Assembly (NCBI RefSeq): GCF_044704955.1
Contig: NC_091981.1
Location: 42,594,001-42,658,000 of the forward strand
Direction of reading: 5' to 3'
Length of the DNA stretch: 64,000 bases
Source: Pristiophorus japonicus
Lineage: Eukaryota
Below are positions 46,846 through 59,440 of the stretch, one piece after another (the first letter of the stretch is position 1; each line of letters starts with the position of its first letter). The translations under genes and the position numbers were made by a program. The notes under the pieces are model-generated. The model searched no databases. It was not told the DNA's origin and saw only the letters and a program-made list of their open reading frames with translations.

Positions 46846-47836
46846 AATATGATTTGGCATTTTCCCCAAAAGTGCAGATTAAATATTCAGTAAAAATAAA
46901 CTGTTTCAGGGTATGGGGAGCACAGAACCTTTGTGGATAGAATTGTTGAAATCCCATTTACAATGATGGATGAATCTGTCTGTCCTGATGTCTCCTGTAT
47001 TAAGTCAGCGTTAGTCTCAGTCTCTCTGAGCATGTGGTGTAGTCGTAGCATCACTTTGCTTGGTGCAGCGAATAGAAATTTCACACTAGTTTAGTCAGGA
47101 ATGAGCTGCTGTGATGTTAGAAACGAGCCTAATTGGTGCAATAGAGAAGACCTGAGAGATGCTGGTCACGGTAAATATTGGAAGCACGTTTCATTCGCTG
47201 ACACCACTATCTCTTGCTTTTATATATACAAAATCTCACACTGCAAAAAATATTTTTAAAAACCTTTTTAAACTTCCAGGACCACAAATGAAACTACAAG
47301 AAAATGTTTTTAAAAAACTGATATGGGCACCATGTAATGGTAGGAATTGATGTGACAACCATATCCACGACACACTCAGTTATCAATCTCGCAGGTGTGC
47401 TGTCATGGATATTGCGGACATGCTCCCCATGATCTTCTGTCCTTTAATTTTAATGGACAGTAAATCAGGGAAACAGGCACCTGAATTATAGATGCACCAT
47501 CCTGGTATGTTCTCTCTCTCCTTTCACAAGGCGAGGCATATATTTACCAATCACCACTCCTGGCTGGCCTCCCACCTTGCACCCTCCATAAACTTGAGCT
47601 CATTCAAATCTCTGCTGCCCGTAGCCTAACTCACACCAAGTCCCATTCACCCATCACCCCTGTGCTCGCTGACCTACATTCTCTCCCTGCCGGCAACACC
47701 TCAATTTTAAAAGTCTCATCCTGGTTTCCAAATGCCTCCATGACCTCGCCCCTCTCTATTTCTGGAACCTCCTCCAGCACACCAGTCCTCCAAGATCTCT
47801 GTGCTCCTCCAATTCTGGCCTCTCACACATCCCGGA

Positions 47837-48890
47837 AATACACATTAAATGGTAGGACACAAAGTGTAGATAAACAAAGGGACCTTGGGGTGCATGTCCA
47901 CAGAACTCTTTTTGGGAGGAAACTAAAACATTAAATCGTGTCCCCCCCCACCCCCGATCTGGGGGACACACCAAACATTTTCAAGGCCTTTTTTTTGTGT
48001 TTTTTTTGGGCACTAAAATCATATGTTTTTTTTCTCCAAGTGCCCCCTATAAAAGGGGAGGGGGACACTAAAAAACACCGGCAATTAAAACAAATTAAAC
48101 TTTAAAACATAAAATCAAATTAAAATTTGGTTGCCGGGCGTGATGATGCACTCCAGTCCCTCCGGTGCCCACCTCTCGCGGAAGGCCGCGAGCGTACCGG
48201 TGGACACCGCGCATGTCCACAGATCCCTGAAGGTAGCAGGACAGGTAGATAAGGTCGTTAAGGCGGCATACGGAATACTTGCCTTTATTAGCTGAGGCAT
48301 AGAATACAAGAGCGGGGAGGTTATGCTTGAACTGTACAAAACACTAGTTAGGCCACAGCTAGAGTACTGCGTGCAGTTCTGGTCACATTACAGGAAAGAC
48401 ATGATTGCACTAGAGAGGGTACAGAGGATATTTATGAGGATGTTGCCTGGACTGGAGAATTTTAGCTATGAGGAAAGATTGGATAGGCTAGCTTTGTTTT
48501 CTTTGGAACAGAGGAGCCTGAGGGGAGATCTTATTGAGGTGTATAAAATTATGTGGGTCTAGATAGAGCGGATAGGAAGGAGCAGAGGTATCAACTACCA
48601 GGAGGCATAGATTTAAAGTAATTGGTAGGAGGTTTAGAGGGGATTTAAGGTGAAATTCTTTTATCCAAAGCGTGGTGGGGGTCTGGAACTCACTGCCTGA
48701 AAGGGTGGTAGAGACAGAAACCCTCATAGCATTTAAAATGTACTTGGATGTGCACTTGAAATGCCATAACCTTCAAGGCTGCGAACAAAGAGCTGGAAAG
48801 TGGGATTAGGCTGGATAGCTTTGTCGGCCTGCGCGGACATGATGGACCAAAATGTCCTCCTTCCATGCTTTAAATTTCTATGATTCTATG
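47837..48890 (+). mobile_element. CR1 LINE 3' fragment containing a Tx1-like insertion
   Basis: RDLGVHVH..., ORF 48323..48562 (LYKTLVRPQLEYCVQFW) and tail TTCTATGATTCTATG; flanked by ATCCCGGA and ATCCCAGA. Confidence 0.85.
47905..48210 (-). mobile_element. 5'-truncated Tx1/L1-clade-like LINE 3' end
   Basis: 13-bp TSD GCATGTCCACAGA (47892-47904 and 48211-48223). C-terminus AVSTGTLAAFRERWAPEGLECIITPGNQILI* followed by a 3' UTR. Confidence 0.7.
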
Positions 48891-49572
48891 ATCCCAGATT
48901 TTCATCGCTCTACCATTGACAGATGTATGTTCAGCTGCCTGGACCATAACTCTGGAATTCCTTTGCTAAATCTCCACCTCTCTTTCCTCCTTTAAGATGC
49001 TCCTTAAAACCTACATCATTGTATAAACTTTTGGTCACCAACAGCTCCTGATGTGGCTCGGTGTCAAATTGTGTTTGTAACACTTCTGTTGTTGTGAGAG
49101 TCCACGCTGGGCATATGATTTTACTAAATGAGAAAGAGGCCATTCTTGGATAGATTCTGAGGACAGTCCCACAAGGTGATTGGCAGGTGTCTTCCTTGCC
49201 TTGTGACAGGAGAGAGAGAAAAGAAACCTGTTTGGAAAAGCTCAGGCATTAAACCATATACTTAAAAATAAATAAATGGATTTAACAAGTCAGACTCTTG
49301 ACCAGGCCTCACTCTGGTCTTGTCACTTAGCTCTGGTTTTATGATCTGCAGGGCTGTGTGTCACATCAGAAGCAAAAATGGTATTGTGACACCTCATGAA
49401 TATCCACTGTTGTCCTCTCTATTGCAGTATGGTTACATTTTTCTTTAAACTTATGCTCTTTTGTTTTAACTGCGTCAGAAATTGATAAATAGCTGCTGAA
49501 AACAACAGCGAGGTCAGTTTTCAGGTCGATTCAACTAGGATTTATATAACTTGCAAGTGATCGTAAGATATT

Positions 49573-50300
49573 GGCCTGTAATTTGCGGTCAGCAGCAAAA
49601 CAAAGGCATTTGCTGCTGGCCCCGAATTAACTTTCCACAGAGATCAACAAGAAATTTGGCTTCCCTGACGTGCAACTGAAATCAACGCAAGCTAATGGGG
49701 AATCCCATAGTGCGAGCTGCTGTGACGTCAACAAGCTGTTTAAGCAGCCAATTAAAATGCAGAATTCTCACAGACAGCAAACCAGAAAGTGAGTAAGGTC
49801 CTTTGGTTCCAACTTTTAAAAAATATTGGAGAGAGCAAAACAAAGATCGGGGCTCTCACATGGGAAAAAGGCAAACCTGAAATAAATATGAACAAACTTA
49901 AAAAATATATATTGATTCTATAAAGTTTCTTTAAAATTGTAATTTTTGTTAAAATATATAAATTTGACACACTGCAAAATTAAAATTAGTTTTTCAGGAC
50001 CATAACCATTGTTTAGCAGTCAATACACTGTTAAAACCCCAGTTCCACTTAATCCAAAAGAGTCTAACTTTTTATGGAGTATTTAACATTGATATTACCG
50101 CGGAAGAGCAGAAGTTTACGTGGGTCTCCCTGATTGCCTGCTGTGGGTGGGGGGGATGGGAGCCGCAGCGCAGCCAGTGTCGGTACAGTGAATGACTGAC
50201 CACAACTTCAGGATTTCCGCGTTAGGATGCGCATGAGCTACATCTTGAAGTTGCGGTCAGCTGTTTGTTCACTGTAATGACCCACTGCTAGTTCCGGGCC
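49573..50300. mobile_element. MITE-like element, probably Harbinger-derived
   Basis: Imperfect TIRs GGCCTGTAATTTGCGGT and ACTGCTAGTTCCGGGCC, plus an internal hairpin. Confidence 0.55.
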
Positions 50301-50989
50301 AATCAGATCGAGAGACTTGCAATGCATGAAGCAATACGTACCAGCGAGTCTAAAGGAATCAGCCTCCCCTAAGCTAACCAGCTTTGAGCTGTGCTCTCTA
50401 TATGCCACAGCAACAATGGCAACGCCCAGTGATTTGCTGCTAAAAAGGACCATAGAGAAATGGCAGCCAATAAATAATGTTAATCGTGCCATAATACATA
50501 GAAGAAATTACATGCATGAAACTACACCTTTTGTTCTTGCATTCTACCTTTAACATCCATAAAATGTGCAGCAAATCATCCTCAACCATATTCGTGTTGA
50601 AAATGCTGATTACAAATGTGCAAGCAGTTCACTTGCAAAATCCTACTCCAGCTGGAAAAAAAAACGCTTACCTGCAAGTCTTTACTTAATGCTCTCAATG
50701 GCTGTAATTGTATTTTTGTTTATTTTTTAATCTAAAGATTTGGGCTTAGAAATGCATCTTGGGTGATGACGCAAAACAGGTGGCCGAACCAATATGACTC
50801 ATTTTGTGGCACCACCGGAGACAAATTTCTAGATCATTGTCTTAAGGCGGTGTTGTCGAATAGAAATCTCTGATTGGCCACAGATGTGGCTACAGTAACA
50901 CCATTTCAGCCACATGCACCATTTTGAATGTACTTCATGTGAATATACTTAACATCTACTACTATTCAGTGCAAAACCATGCAGTCTTT

Positions 50990-51588
50990 GGGGCCGAAAT
51001 TGCCCATGTCCCGATCGGGAGCGGTAACCTTCCGGGGCCGGGACTTTTAGCGCTCGGTCCAGAGGTCCCGCACCCCATATGGAATTGGGTTTGGCGCCTC
51101 TGAAACGAGGCAGAGTGCTGCCTCAGTTAAAGGGGAGGGCCACTGCTCACTCTGCAGGCACTTTGATGGCTTCCACTGGGTCATCAGGGAAGCACTCGAC
51201 CGGGCAGAAGAGCCAGCCGACAAAATAAAATGGCGGCCCAGGGCACACACGACCTCCCCTTAAAGGGCCGCCCCAGCGGCGGATGTCATCCGCCCACGCC
51301 AACTCGCTGATTGTGGGACAATTTCCACCTGCAGGGCGCAAAGGGGTTGGCGCGCACGACAATGATGTCATCACCCGTTGCGTGCCGGCCCAGGGTGCTA
51401 ATCACGGGGTGCAGCGCTACCAGCACATCATCCCCAAAAGGACATGGCAGGCCTCAAAATGCACCCGAGTTATTAAGGCAGAAGTCAGCAGGATGAAGAC
51501 GGGTTCCCGACGCAGTGTCAATTGCCGCGCTTTTAATCGCCGACCCGCCCACAAATCTGCATGCTCTCCAATGGAAAGATTCCAGCCC
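50990..51588. mobile_element. Non-autonomous Harbinger-type MITE, related to 44686-45365 in inverted orientation
   Basis: Left end GGGGCCGAAATTGCCC..CCCGATCGGGAGCGGTAACC; right end GGAAAGATTCCAGCCC. Confidence 0.65.
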
Positions 51589-52183
51589 ATATGCCCAATG
51601 ATGGTGCTTGTTACTCATTTTTTATTTAATAATCAAAATGCAATTAGCCACATCTGGATTCCCATTTAGTCACAAGAGGCTAATGGCTAATGTATTACAT
51701 TGATGTAGTTAAATTATAGTAAACTTGTTAAAGAGAAATACATTTTCAACTTACTAATCAGCTTTATAACATATATATGGGTAACATATTGAAGAACACT
51801 GATTTAAGATAGCACACCTTCAGAATGTTGGCCTTTCAAGTCCAGATACAGCAGTGAGCTGATGATGCCTGTTCCTGCTACTAATGAAACAAGGCAAAAC
51901 CGTAAATGGGTAGGACCGTGCCATATCTGACTACGGGTTGAGCTTCAAGACAGTGCCCCTGAGTTGGGAATAACCAGCACTTTGTGATATTCCCCAGATA
52001 TTTTGTGATATTCCCTAGATATTTTTATAAAAAGTTCTTTTTGTCCTGACACAGCTGACCTTATAAACTGCTTATGGTGTAATTGTGTAATTTCAGCTGG
52101 GGAAACAGCAAATAAATAAGGTATCCTATCTTAAATTCATTTTTCCTGCAATCAGCTACAAATTAATGTAAAGTAGATCCATT

Positions 52184-52608
52184 TGCTAGCTTAGCTCAGT
52201 TGGTAACACTCCTATCTCTACATCAAAAGGTTATAGATTCAACCCCCACCAACTCTAAACCTGAGCACATAACCTAGCCTGATACTCTGAGGGAGTGCCA
52301 CGTTATCAGTGGTACCATTCTTCAGATGAGTCATTAAACCGAGGCCCTGTCTGCTGCTTCAGCTGGATGTTAAATATCCCATGGCACTATTGCTCCCAAT
52401 GTTCTGGCCAACATTCCTCCCTCAACCAACGTCACCCAAAACAGGCCAGAAGGTTAGTCGTCTCATTGCTGCTTGCGTGACCTTGCTATGTGCAAAATGG
52501 CTGTTCCACGTGCCAAATAACATTAGTCAGTATAACTCGATGTGAATCATTGTATGTGAAGTGCTTTGGGATGTTCTGAGCAAGAAGATAATATAAATGC
52601 AAGTTTTT
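52184..52608 (+). mobile_element. Deu-domain tRNA SINE
   Basis: TAGCTCAGTTGG A box; TTAAACCGAGGCCCTGTCTG...ATCCCATGGCACTATT; tail ATATAAATGCAAGT. Confidence 0.85.
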
Positions 52609-54117
52609 TATACGAGTTAAATTTCTAGGTGACTGACTCTGAACTAGTTAGTTCCTCACTTCCTCCAAGTTAACTATAATTTATTCCTTTGAAATTGATA
52701 TAAATACTTGTAAAATAAGTTCTAAATGTCATGGGTATTAAGCTAAAGTCAAAAAAAGATTGCACATGCACCGTTCTAAAGCAGCCTGGGTTAAACAGAA
52801 CCTGTCACACTTTGTGATGACTTGTGGACAATTCAAATTTTCAAAATGAGCTCCACCTCCAAAGGATTCCAGATGTTCAGCTTTATAGTCCCTCTCTGAA
52901 TAGCTGAGCATTTTGGATTAATATTATTTCTCATTATATTTTACCTACCTGATTAGCAAACATGAAAAAAAACAATAGTTGGACAACTGAACTATAAATC
53001 CTTGCAGGAAAGAAAAATGGCACATGATTGCAAACTTTTAATTGCAGATGATTTTCCATGATGGGCATCTCATATTGCTCTTTATGCATTTAAAACCAAT
53101 TGCATTGGGCTTCAAGGACGATCTTAGATGTACCTTTTCCATTGTAGCTAATTAAGGGCAAGTGAAGATTGACATAATGCTTGTGTTTATACCAATTAAA
53201 GAGTAATTCTAATGGTTATTGAGGAAGCAGTTTGTAGATTGCTGCAAATCAGAAACGTTTTTATGTTTTTAAACTGTTGCGATGTTTTCTGCATGTGTTT
53301 TTTCTCACTTGCTGCTGTAAGGTTGTATAATAGCACATTGGACATTACTGCAGTTATTTAGACTGCTGATATAGATGTGACCACAGGAGATTTCAGGATA
53401 CTCCAAGTTAGTAGAACGGCACATGCAATACAGCAACAATTCCAACAGGGGTGCCAATCTTTTGAGGCCATTAACTTACGTTCCTGGTAAATTTGCCTGT
53501 AAGTTATTCATGTTTCTGGGTTTGGGGGAAAAAATGGATCTGTTCATTTTTTATTTGCTTTTCTTGAAGGTGGGTCACTGTGCCAAGAGTAAGATTATTC
53601 TTGTGTTTGAGTACAGTCTTAGCCATTTAGACTTTAAATCGAGAAACTGTTGTGATCTTCTGGCGAATAAATGAATTTCAATAACAGATTAGGGTACTCA
53701 GACAAACATCACCTGTAGTTTGTGTGTAACATGCATTTCTAAAGCAAGTTGATGATTGACAATTGGCTAGGGTTAAAGACTACTTACCTTATTTCTGGTA
53801 GCTGATTACTGATTCAGGAAGAATATCACATACAGTATGTTGCATTTTTTTTTTTAAATTTGAAGTGTGAAGAATTAGCAGTTTACATAATGAAGTGTGC
53901 AGTAAATTATTCAGGAGATGCTACCTTTTGTCCTTCTAGAATATAAAAACCAGTGTGAGAGCAAGGCTTAGCCTTCTGGAGACATCAGCCAAAAAGACAT
54001 GAGGAACACGGCTTTCTGAACTTCACTGAGGGCAACTCCACCCTCTCAAAAATCAGGATTTTTCTTCACATTGATAAGTATAAATTATTTTTAAGCCAAG
54101 GAGCTAATTAACCGAGG

Positions 54118-55260
54118 AACCATAGTTTACCGTGCAGAGGGATGCCATTCAGCCAATCGTGTCTGTGTTAGCTCTTTGCGCCCAAAACTGCACACAGTAG
54201 TTCAACTATGGCCAAAGCAATGTTTTGTACAAATTCATCAGTATTTCTTTGCTCCTGCATTCTATGCCCGTTTATAAAACCTAAAATACTTTCGGCTTTT
54301 TTATGTCATTTTTAGTGTGCTTCCATTGAGCGTAAATACCAGTTCCTTGTTTTTCCTCCCAGAATGCCTTACCTCACACTTATCCACATAAAATTGTATC
54401 TGTTCACCTGTTTATCTGCCCATGAATTCTTGAAGACTTTTACAGTCTTCCTCACTTTGCCAAACCTTATACTTTTAAATTGTCAGCATATTTCTGGTCC
54501 CTAAACCTGTCCACATCACCCATATATACTGAGAACAAAAGTGGACCCACACAGCCTTCTGGGGTACACTAGTTCCAATTCTTCTCCAGACCGAGCAACA
54601 TCTATTTACTTTTATTCTTGGTTTCCTATCCATCAACCAACTTTCTATTCATGCTGCTACATTTCCTTCTATTGGATACACCTGAACATTTCTATCATCT
54701 TATTGAACACCTTCTAAAAATCCACAGACACCATATCTACTGTATTCCTTTTATTATTCAACCACTTCTTCAAAAACCATTACATTTATCAAACACATCT
54801 TGCCTTCAAGAAATCTGTGCTCGGTATCTTTGCTTATCCCATGCATTTCTAAATGTTTACCAGCTTTATCTTGAATTATGAATTCTAAGAGTTTGTCCAC
54901 ATGCTATATCTATATAGAATGGTCTATAGGTACCCAGTTGATCCTTTTACCCCTTCCTGAACAAGGCTGTTTTATCACCACAATTTACACAAGGAGAATG
55001 GAATAATTGTGGCCTCTCTGATTTCTTTCCACAGCCTAGGGTGCATGTCATCAGAGTCTGGTGACTTATCCACCTTGAATTCTGCCAACATTTTAGTTCT
55101 ATCAGCTGCTCCATATCCCCTTCTTCTACTCCTATGTTATCACTTACCATCATTTCTAAAAGTTAATGCAAAATATTTATTTAATAACTTTGGCATACCT
55201 TCATCCTACACAATGAGCCCACTTCCTTCAGTCCAGTACCCTTATCTTTGACTCATCATT
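54118..55260 (-). mobile_element. Highly decayed CR1 LINE
   Basis: 3' UTR GCCATTCAGCCAATCGTGTCTG; RT remnants (CCAAAACTGCACACAGTA, GGGGTACACTAGTT, GGGTGCATGTCATCAG). Confidence 0.65.
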
Positions 55261-55526
55261 ATCCTTTTCTGGTCTTACACTGAACCTAACTGCATTGTGG
55301 TCACTACAGCCCACTTGTTCTCCTGCTCTCACATCAGTTACGTCTCAATTTTTTTCATAGATCTAAATCGAGCAATGTTTCTTTCCTTGTTGAACTAGAA
55401 ACGTAAGCAATCCTGGATACATTCTACCCCACTTTGACCATATATATATATATATATTAGTTTTTCGGCAGTCTATCTTAGGATAATCGGAATCACCTAA
55501 TATTATTGCCCTGTTGTTCTTACAGG

Positions 55527-55966
55527 TATCAGCCTTAGCTCAGTGGGAAGCACTCTTGCCTCAGAATGAGAAGGTTGTGGGTTCAAGTCCCACTCCAGAG
55601 ATCCCATGGCATTATTTGAAGAAGAGCACAGGAATTCTCCCTGGTGTTCTGGCCAATATACATCCCTCAACCAGCACCAAAAGCATAAGATCTGGTCATT
55701 ATCAAATTACTGTTTGTGGGACCTTGCTGTGTGGAAAGTAGTGGCCATGGAAAAGTCTCACAAACAGTAATGTGATAATGATCAGATCATCTGTTTTTGG
55801 TGTTGGTTGAGGGATAAATATTGGCCACAACACTGCGAAGAACTCCAATAGTGCCATGGGATCTATTGGGTCCACCTGAGAGGGCAAATGGGGCCTCGGT
55901 TTAACGTCTCATCTAAAGATGGCACGCAGCACTCAACTGTCAGCCTAGGTTATGTGCTCAAGTTCT
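55527..55966. mobile_element. Two inverted Deu-SINE pieces (+ 55527-55745; - 55755-55966)
   Basis: A tRNA head plus GATCCCATGGCA...ACTGTTTGTGGGAC, followed by a near reverse complement GTCTCACAAACAGT...TGCCATGGGATC. Confidence 0.8.
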
Positions 55967-56239
55967 GACAGATGCTTACTTTAAGTGATAAATTGTCACT
56001 GTTGAGAGTGTGTCCGATCAGCTATACTCAATGTGACCACAGCTATTGGAACAGTCAAATCCTGAATTGCACTTGGAATTCCAGCTGATTAGAGGAAATT
56101 AGATTAAATCCACAAAGATTTCCCTGCACAAATTATGCCTGTGTTCTCCATTCCGCTGACATCAACACACGACTGCTTTACTTCCCAACTCAATCTGTTC
56201 TCCAAGTGGAACTGTGTTACACCAGCAAGCTGTGGTTCA

Positions 56240-56540
56240 GTCTTGATCTCCTTAACCTCCTTCAGGCCTTTCAACTTTCTGAGATCTCTGCCCTCATCCA
56301 ATTCATCGCTAATTTTCATTGCTCCACCATTGGCCGCCGTGCCTTCCGTCCTGGAAGTCCCTTCCTAAACCTTTCTACCTCTCTCTCCTCCTTTAATTAT
56401 CCTTAAAACCTACCTCTTTGAACAAGCTTTTGGTCACATGTCCTAATATCGCTTTATGTGACTTGGTGTCAAATTTTGTTTGATAATTGCTCCTGTGTAG
56501 AAACTTGGGAAGTTTTACTACATTAAATGCAAGTTGTTAT
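56240..56540 (+). mobile_element. L2-type LINE 3' tail
   Basis: GCTCCACCATTGGCCGCCGTGCCTTC...CCTTAAAACCTACCTCTTTG...AAATGCAAGTTGTT. Confidence 0.75.
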
Positions 56541-57135
56541 TATATAGCTCTCCCCAGGGCACCAGGGATTCAAATTGCACAGGTCTACCTGGGTTGGAGA
56601 ACGAAGCTGTATTGCATGCTGTCATCAAGAAGCTCAATAATGAAAATGGTAAAAGCCCTCACCACTGATGCAGGCAGTAAAAAAATCTAATTTACTAAAC
56701 GACATAGTTTAAAAAATGTAATCTACTCTTGATTCATTATTTGACCTGACCTAAAGAACATTAACAATAATAATGCTACCCAATTTCAGCAAAGCATCAC
56801 ATTTCTACTCATCTGCAATTACACTTTGAAACCGTTTTCAGACTGCTCTTGCACAACCAACAGCACAGTTCTGAAGCAGCTAGCAATTTCTTCAGTCTGG
56901 AAGGGCAGAGTTCACACCTTTGAAAAATTATCAGGAATTTGTAATTTCAACTTGAATTGAGATCAAAATTACCCAATTAAAATGATTGTTTTGTCTTTCA
57001 TCGTGAATGCTTGAAAGGATTAATGAGACTGCAGCTATTAACTGAGGTTACCAACATCACAAAATAAAAGACAAATTACTTCAAGCATTACTCTCGCAAA
57101 TAGCTGCAAAATATTGACAAATATGCAGAAATGAT

Positions 57136-58941
57136 GGGCCCAAGTTTCCACATGATTTGCGCCTGATTTTTTAGGAGCAACTGGTGGAGAACGGACTATC
57201 TTAGAAATCGCAATTCTCCACATTTTTTTTCCTGCAGTTCTAGTCAGGTAGAACAGTTCTACTTTGGAACAGAATTTTTTCTTCAAAAGGGGGCGTGTCC
57301 AGCCACTGACGCCTGATTTGAAAGTTTCCACAGTGAAAACGTACTCCAAACTAAAGTAGAATGGAGCAAGTGAAGATTTTTGTAGAACTGAAAAAACCTG
57401 TTCTACACATTAAAAAATCAGGTGCAGGTTACAAATTAGGCGTCCAGAACGAGGTGGGGGGGGGGGAAGGGAAGTCAGTAAATTCTATAATAAATCCTTA
57501 TTTATACTTATACAAATAAATCCAACCTGAATAAACATTTATAAGCAAAGAAAAGATTAAATAAACCATCTTCCTACCTGTGTGAAAGTGCTTCAGGCAG
57601 ACCTTTTGGGGGGGGGGGGGAGAGAGAGAGGGGGGGAAGAGAGAGAGAGGGGGGGGGAGAAGAGAGAGAGGGGGGGGAGAGAGAGAGAGGGGGGGGGAGA
57701 GAGAGAGAGGGGGGGGAGAGAGAGAGAGGGGGGGGAGAGAGAGAGGGGGGGGGAAGAGAGAGAGGGGGGGGAAGAGAGAGAGGGGGGGAAGAGAGAGAGG
57801 GGGGGGAGAGAGAGAGGGGGGGGAGGAGAGAGGAGGAGAGAGAGGAGGGGGGAGAGAGAGAGGAGGGGGGGAGAGAGAGAGGGGGGGGGAGAGAGAGAGG
57901 GGGGGAGAGAGAGAGGGGGGGGTGAGAGAGGGGTGGGAGAGAGGGGGGGGGAGAGAGGGGTGGGAGAGAGGGGGGGGAGAGAGGGGGGGGAGAGAGAGAG
58001 GAGAGAGAGAGGGGGGGAGAGAGAGGGGGGGGAGAGAGAGGGGGGGGAAGAGAGAGGGGGGGGGAGAGAGAGGAGGGGGGAGAGAGAGGAGGGGGGGGAG
58101 AGAGGGGGGGGGAGAGAGGGGGGGGGGGGGGGAGAGAGAGAGGGGAGGGAGAGAGAGAGAGAGGGGAGGGAGAGAGAGAGAGAGGGAGGGGGGGAGATCA
58201 GGTCGGATCCAGTCCGGGAGCGGGAGTCGGGTCGGGTCCAGTGGAGGGGGGTCGGGACAGGGGGCGGGAGCGTGGATCGGGTCAGGTCCAGTCGGGGATT
58301 CAGGGAGCGGGAACAGGAGCGCGGGTCGAGTCGGGTCAGTCGGGGGGGGGCGCGGGTGTCGGGTCTGGTCCGGAGGCGGGGAGCGGGTGATGGGTCTGGT
58401 CTGGTCCGGAGGCAGGGGGGGGGGGGGAGAGCGGGTGTCGGGTCTGGTCCGGAGGCGGGGGGGGGGGGTGGGAGGAGCGGGTGTCGGGTCTGGTCCGGAG
58501 GCGGGGGGGGGGTGGGAGGAGCGGGTGTCGGGTCGGGTCTGGTCCGGAGGCAGGGGGGGGGAGCGGGTGTCGGGTCTGGTCTGGGGGGGTGGGGGGGGGA
58601 GCAGGAGCTGGCCGTGGGAGGAGCCTTATTCACGCAGCCCCAGTGAGACCATTCAGCCAGGGCTAGGGGCTGTGTGCTTCGGGCCCCTCCCACAGTTTGG
58701 CGCCTGGAGCTACTGCACTTGCGTGCCGACTGTAGCGCGCATGTGCAGAGGTCCCGGCACTGTTTTCAGTGCAGGGACCTGGCTCCGCCTCCCCACAGCT
58801 CGTGCTGGCTGCGCCGAGGGCCAGAGGACCTGCAAGTAGGTGGAGAATACCGAGGATTTTTTTAGGCGCACTTTGTGGCGTGAAAAACGGGCGTCCAGGT
58901 CGGGACTGCGCCGTTCTAGGCACGTGTGGAAACTTGGGCCC
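57136..58941. mobile_element. Harbinger-type MITE (GGGCCCAAGTTTCC family), copy 1, with G/GA-repeat core
   Basis: Perfect 17-bp TIR GGGCCCAAGTTTCCACA / TGTGGAAACTTGGGCCC. The arms are homologous to 60924-62026 in inverted orientation. Confidence 0.85.
57608..58600. repeat. Polypurine (G)n(GA)n tract (about 57608-58197) followed by G-rich GGGTC/GGTCCGGAGGC repeats
   Basis: About 590 nt almost entirely purine with many G6-G13 runs, then degenerate GAGCGGGTGTCGGGTCTGGTCCGGAGGCRGGGG units. Confidence 0.92.
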
Positions 58942-59440
58942 ACTCCTACAAGCCTTGATGTCACTTTAAAGGGGTAATATCTGACGTGCATTAACACCAT
59001 TTATGAACAAACTTTGAAACATTTCTGCAGAAATTGTTTTGCAAACGTTCCCTGCAACGTTCCTTCCAAAAGCCCAGAGCATCAGCACAGAGTTTGGAGA
59101 CAGAGCTGGGAGAATGCAAATGCAGTGAATCACAAGCAGAGTGGAGGAATTTTGTGAGCGCAGGAATTTGATGGAGAGGAGAAAGGCGGTGCAGATGTCT
59201 AACTGAAAAGAAGGAGTGGAGCCACAGAATCCAAAGTCTCTTAAGTTAATAGACACGAGAGCAGACTTACGGGACAGCGAGAGGAGTGGCCACAGATAAA
59301 GGTAGGCCCAAGAGCATGGCTCTGAGCGCGAGTGTTCGGGAGTGAGATAAGTGACATCAGCACTAGGGAAGGAGCTGATTGGTGAGTAGCTGGTGATTGT
59401 TTTTTTTTTAAAGTCGAGTTTATTTCTGTTAAGTTAAGGC

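Larger units (their letters stand above)
47555..49100 (+). mobile_element. L2-type LINE 3' portion split by CR1 (47555-47836 and 48891-49100)
   Basis: LAGLP...LELIQISAAR...SPITPVLADLH motif; resumes ATCCCAGATTTTCATCGCTCTACCATTG...CTCCTTAAAACCTAC. Confidence 0.8.

Noticed and set aside
51981-52025. Short direct duplications (21 bp x2 here; 17 bp x2 near 45679)
   Set aside because: Ordinary slippage duplications.
57582-58839. 354, 366 and 305 aa Gly/Glu/Arg- or Pro/Ser/Leu-rich ORFs
   Set aside because: They arise from a stop-free low-complexity tract inside a MITE.
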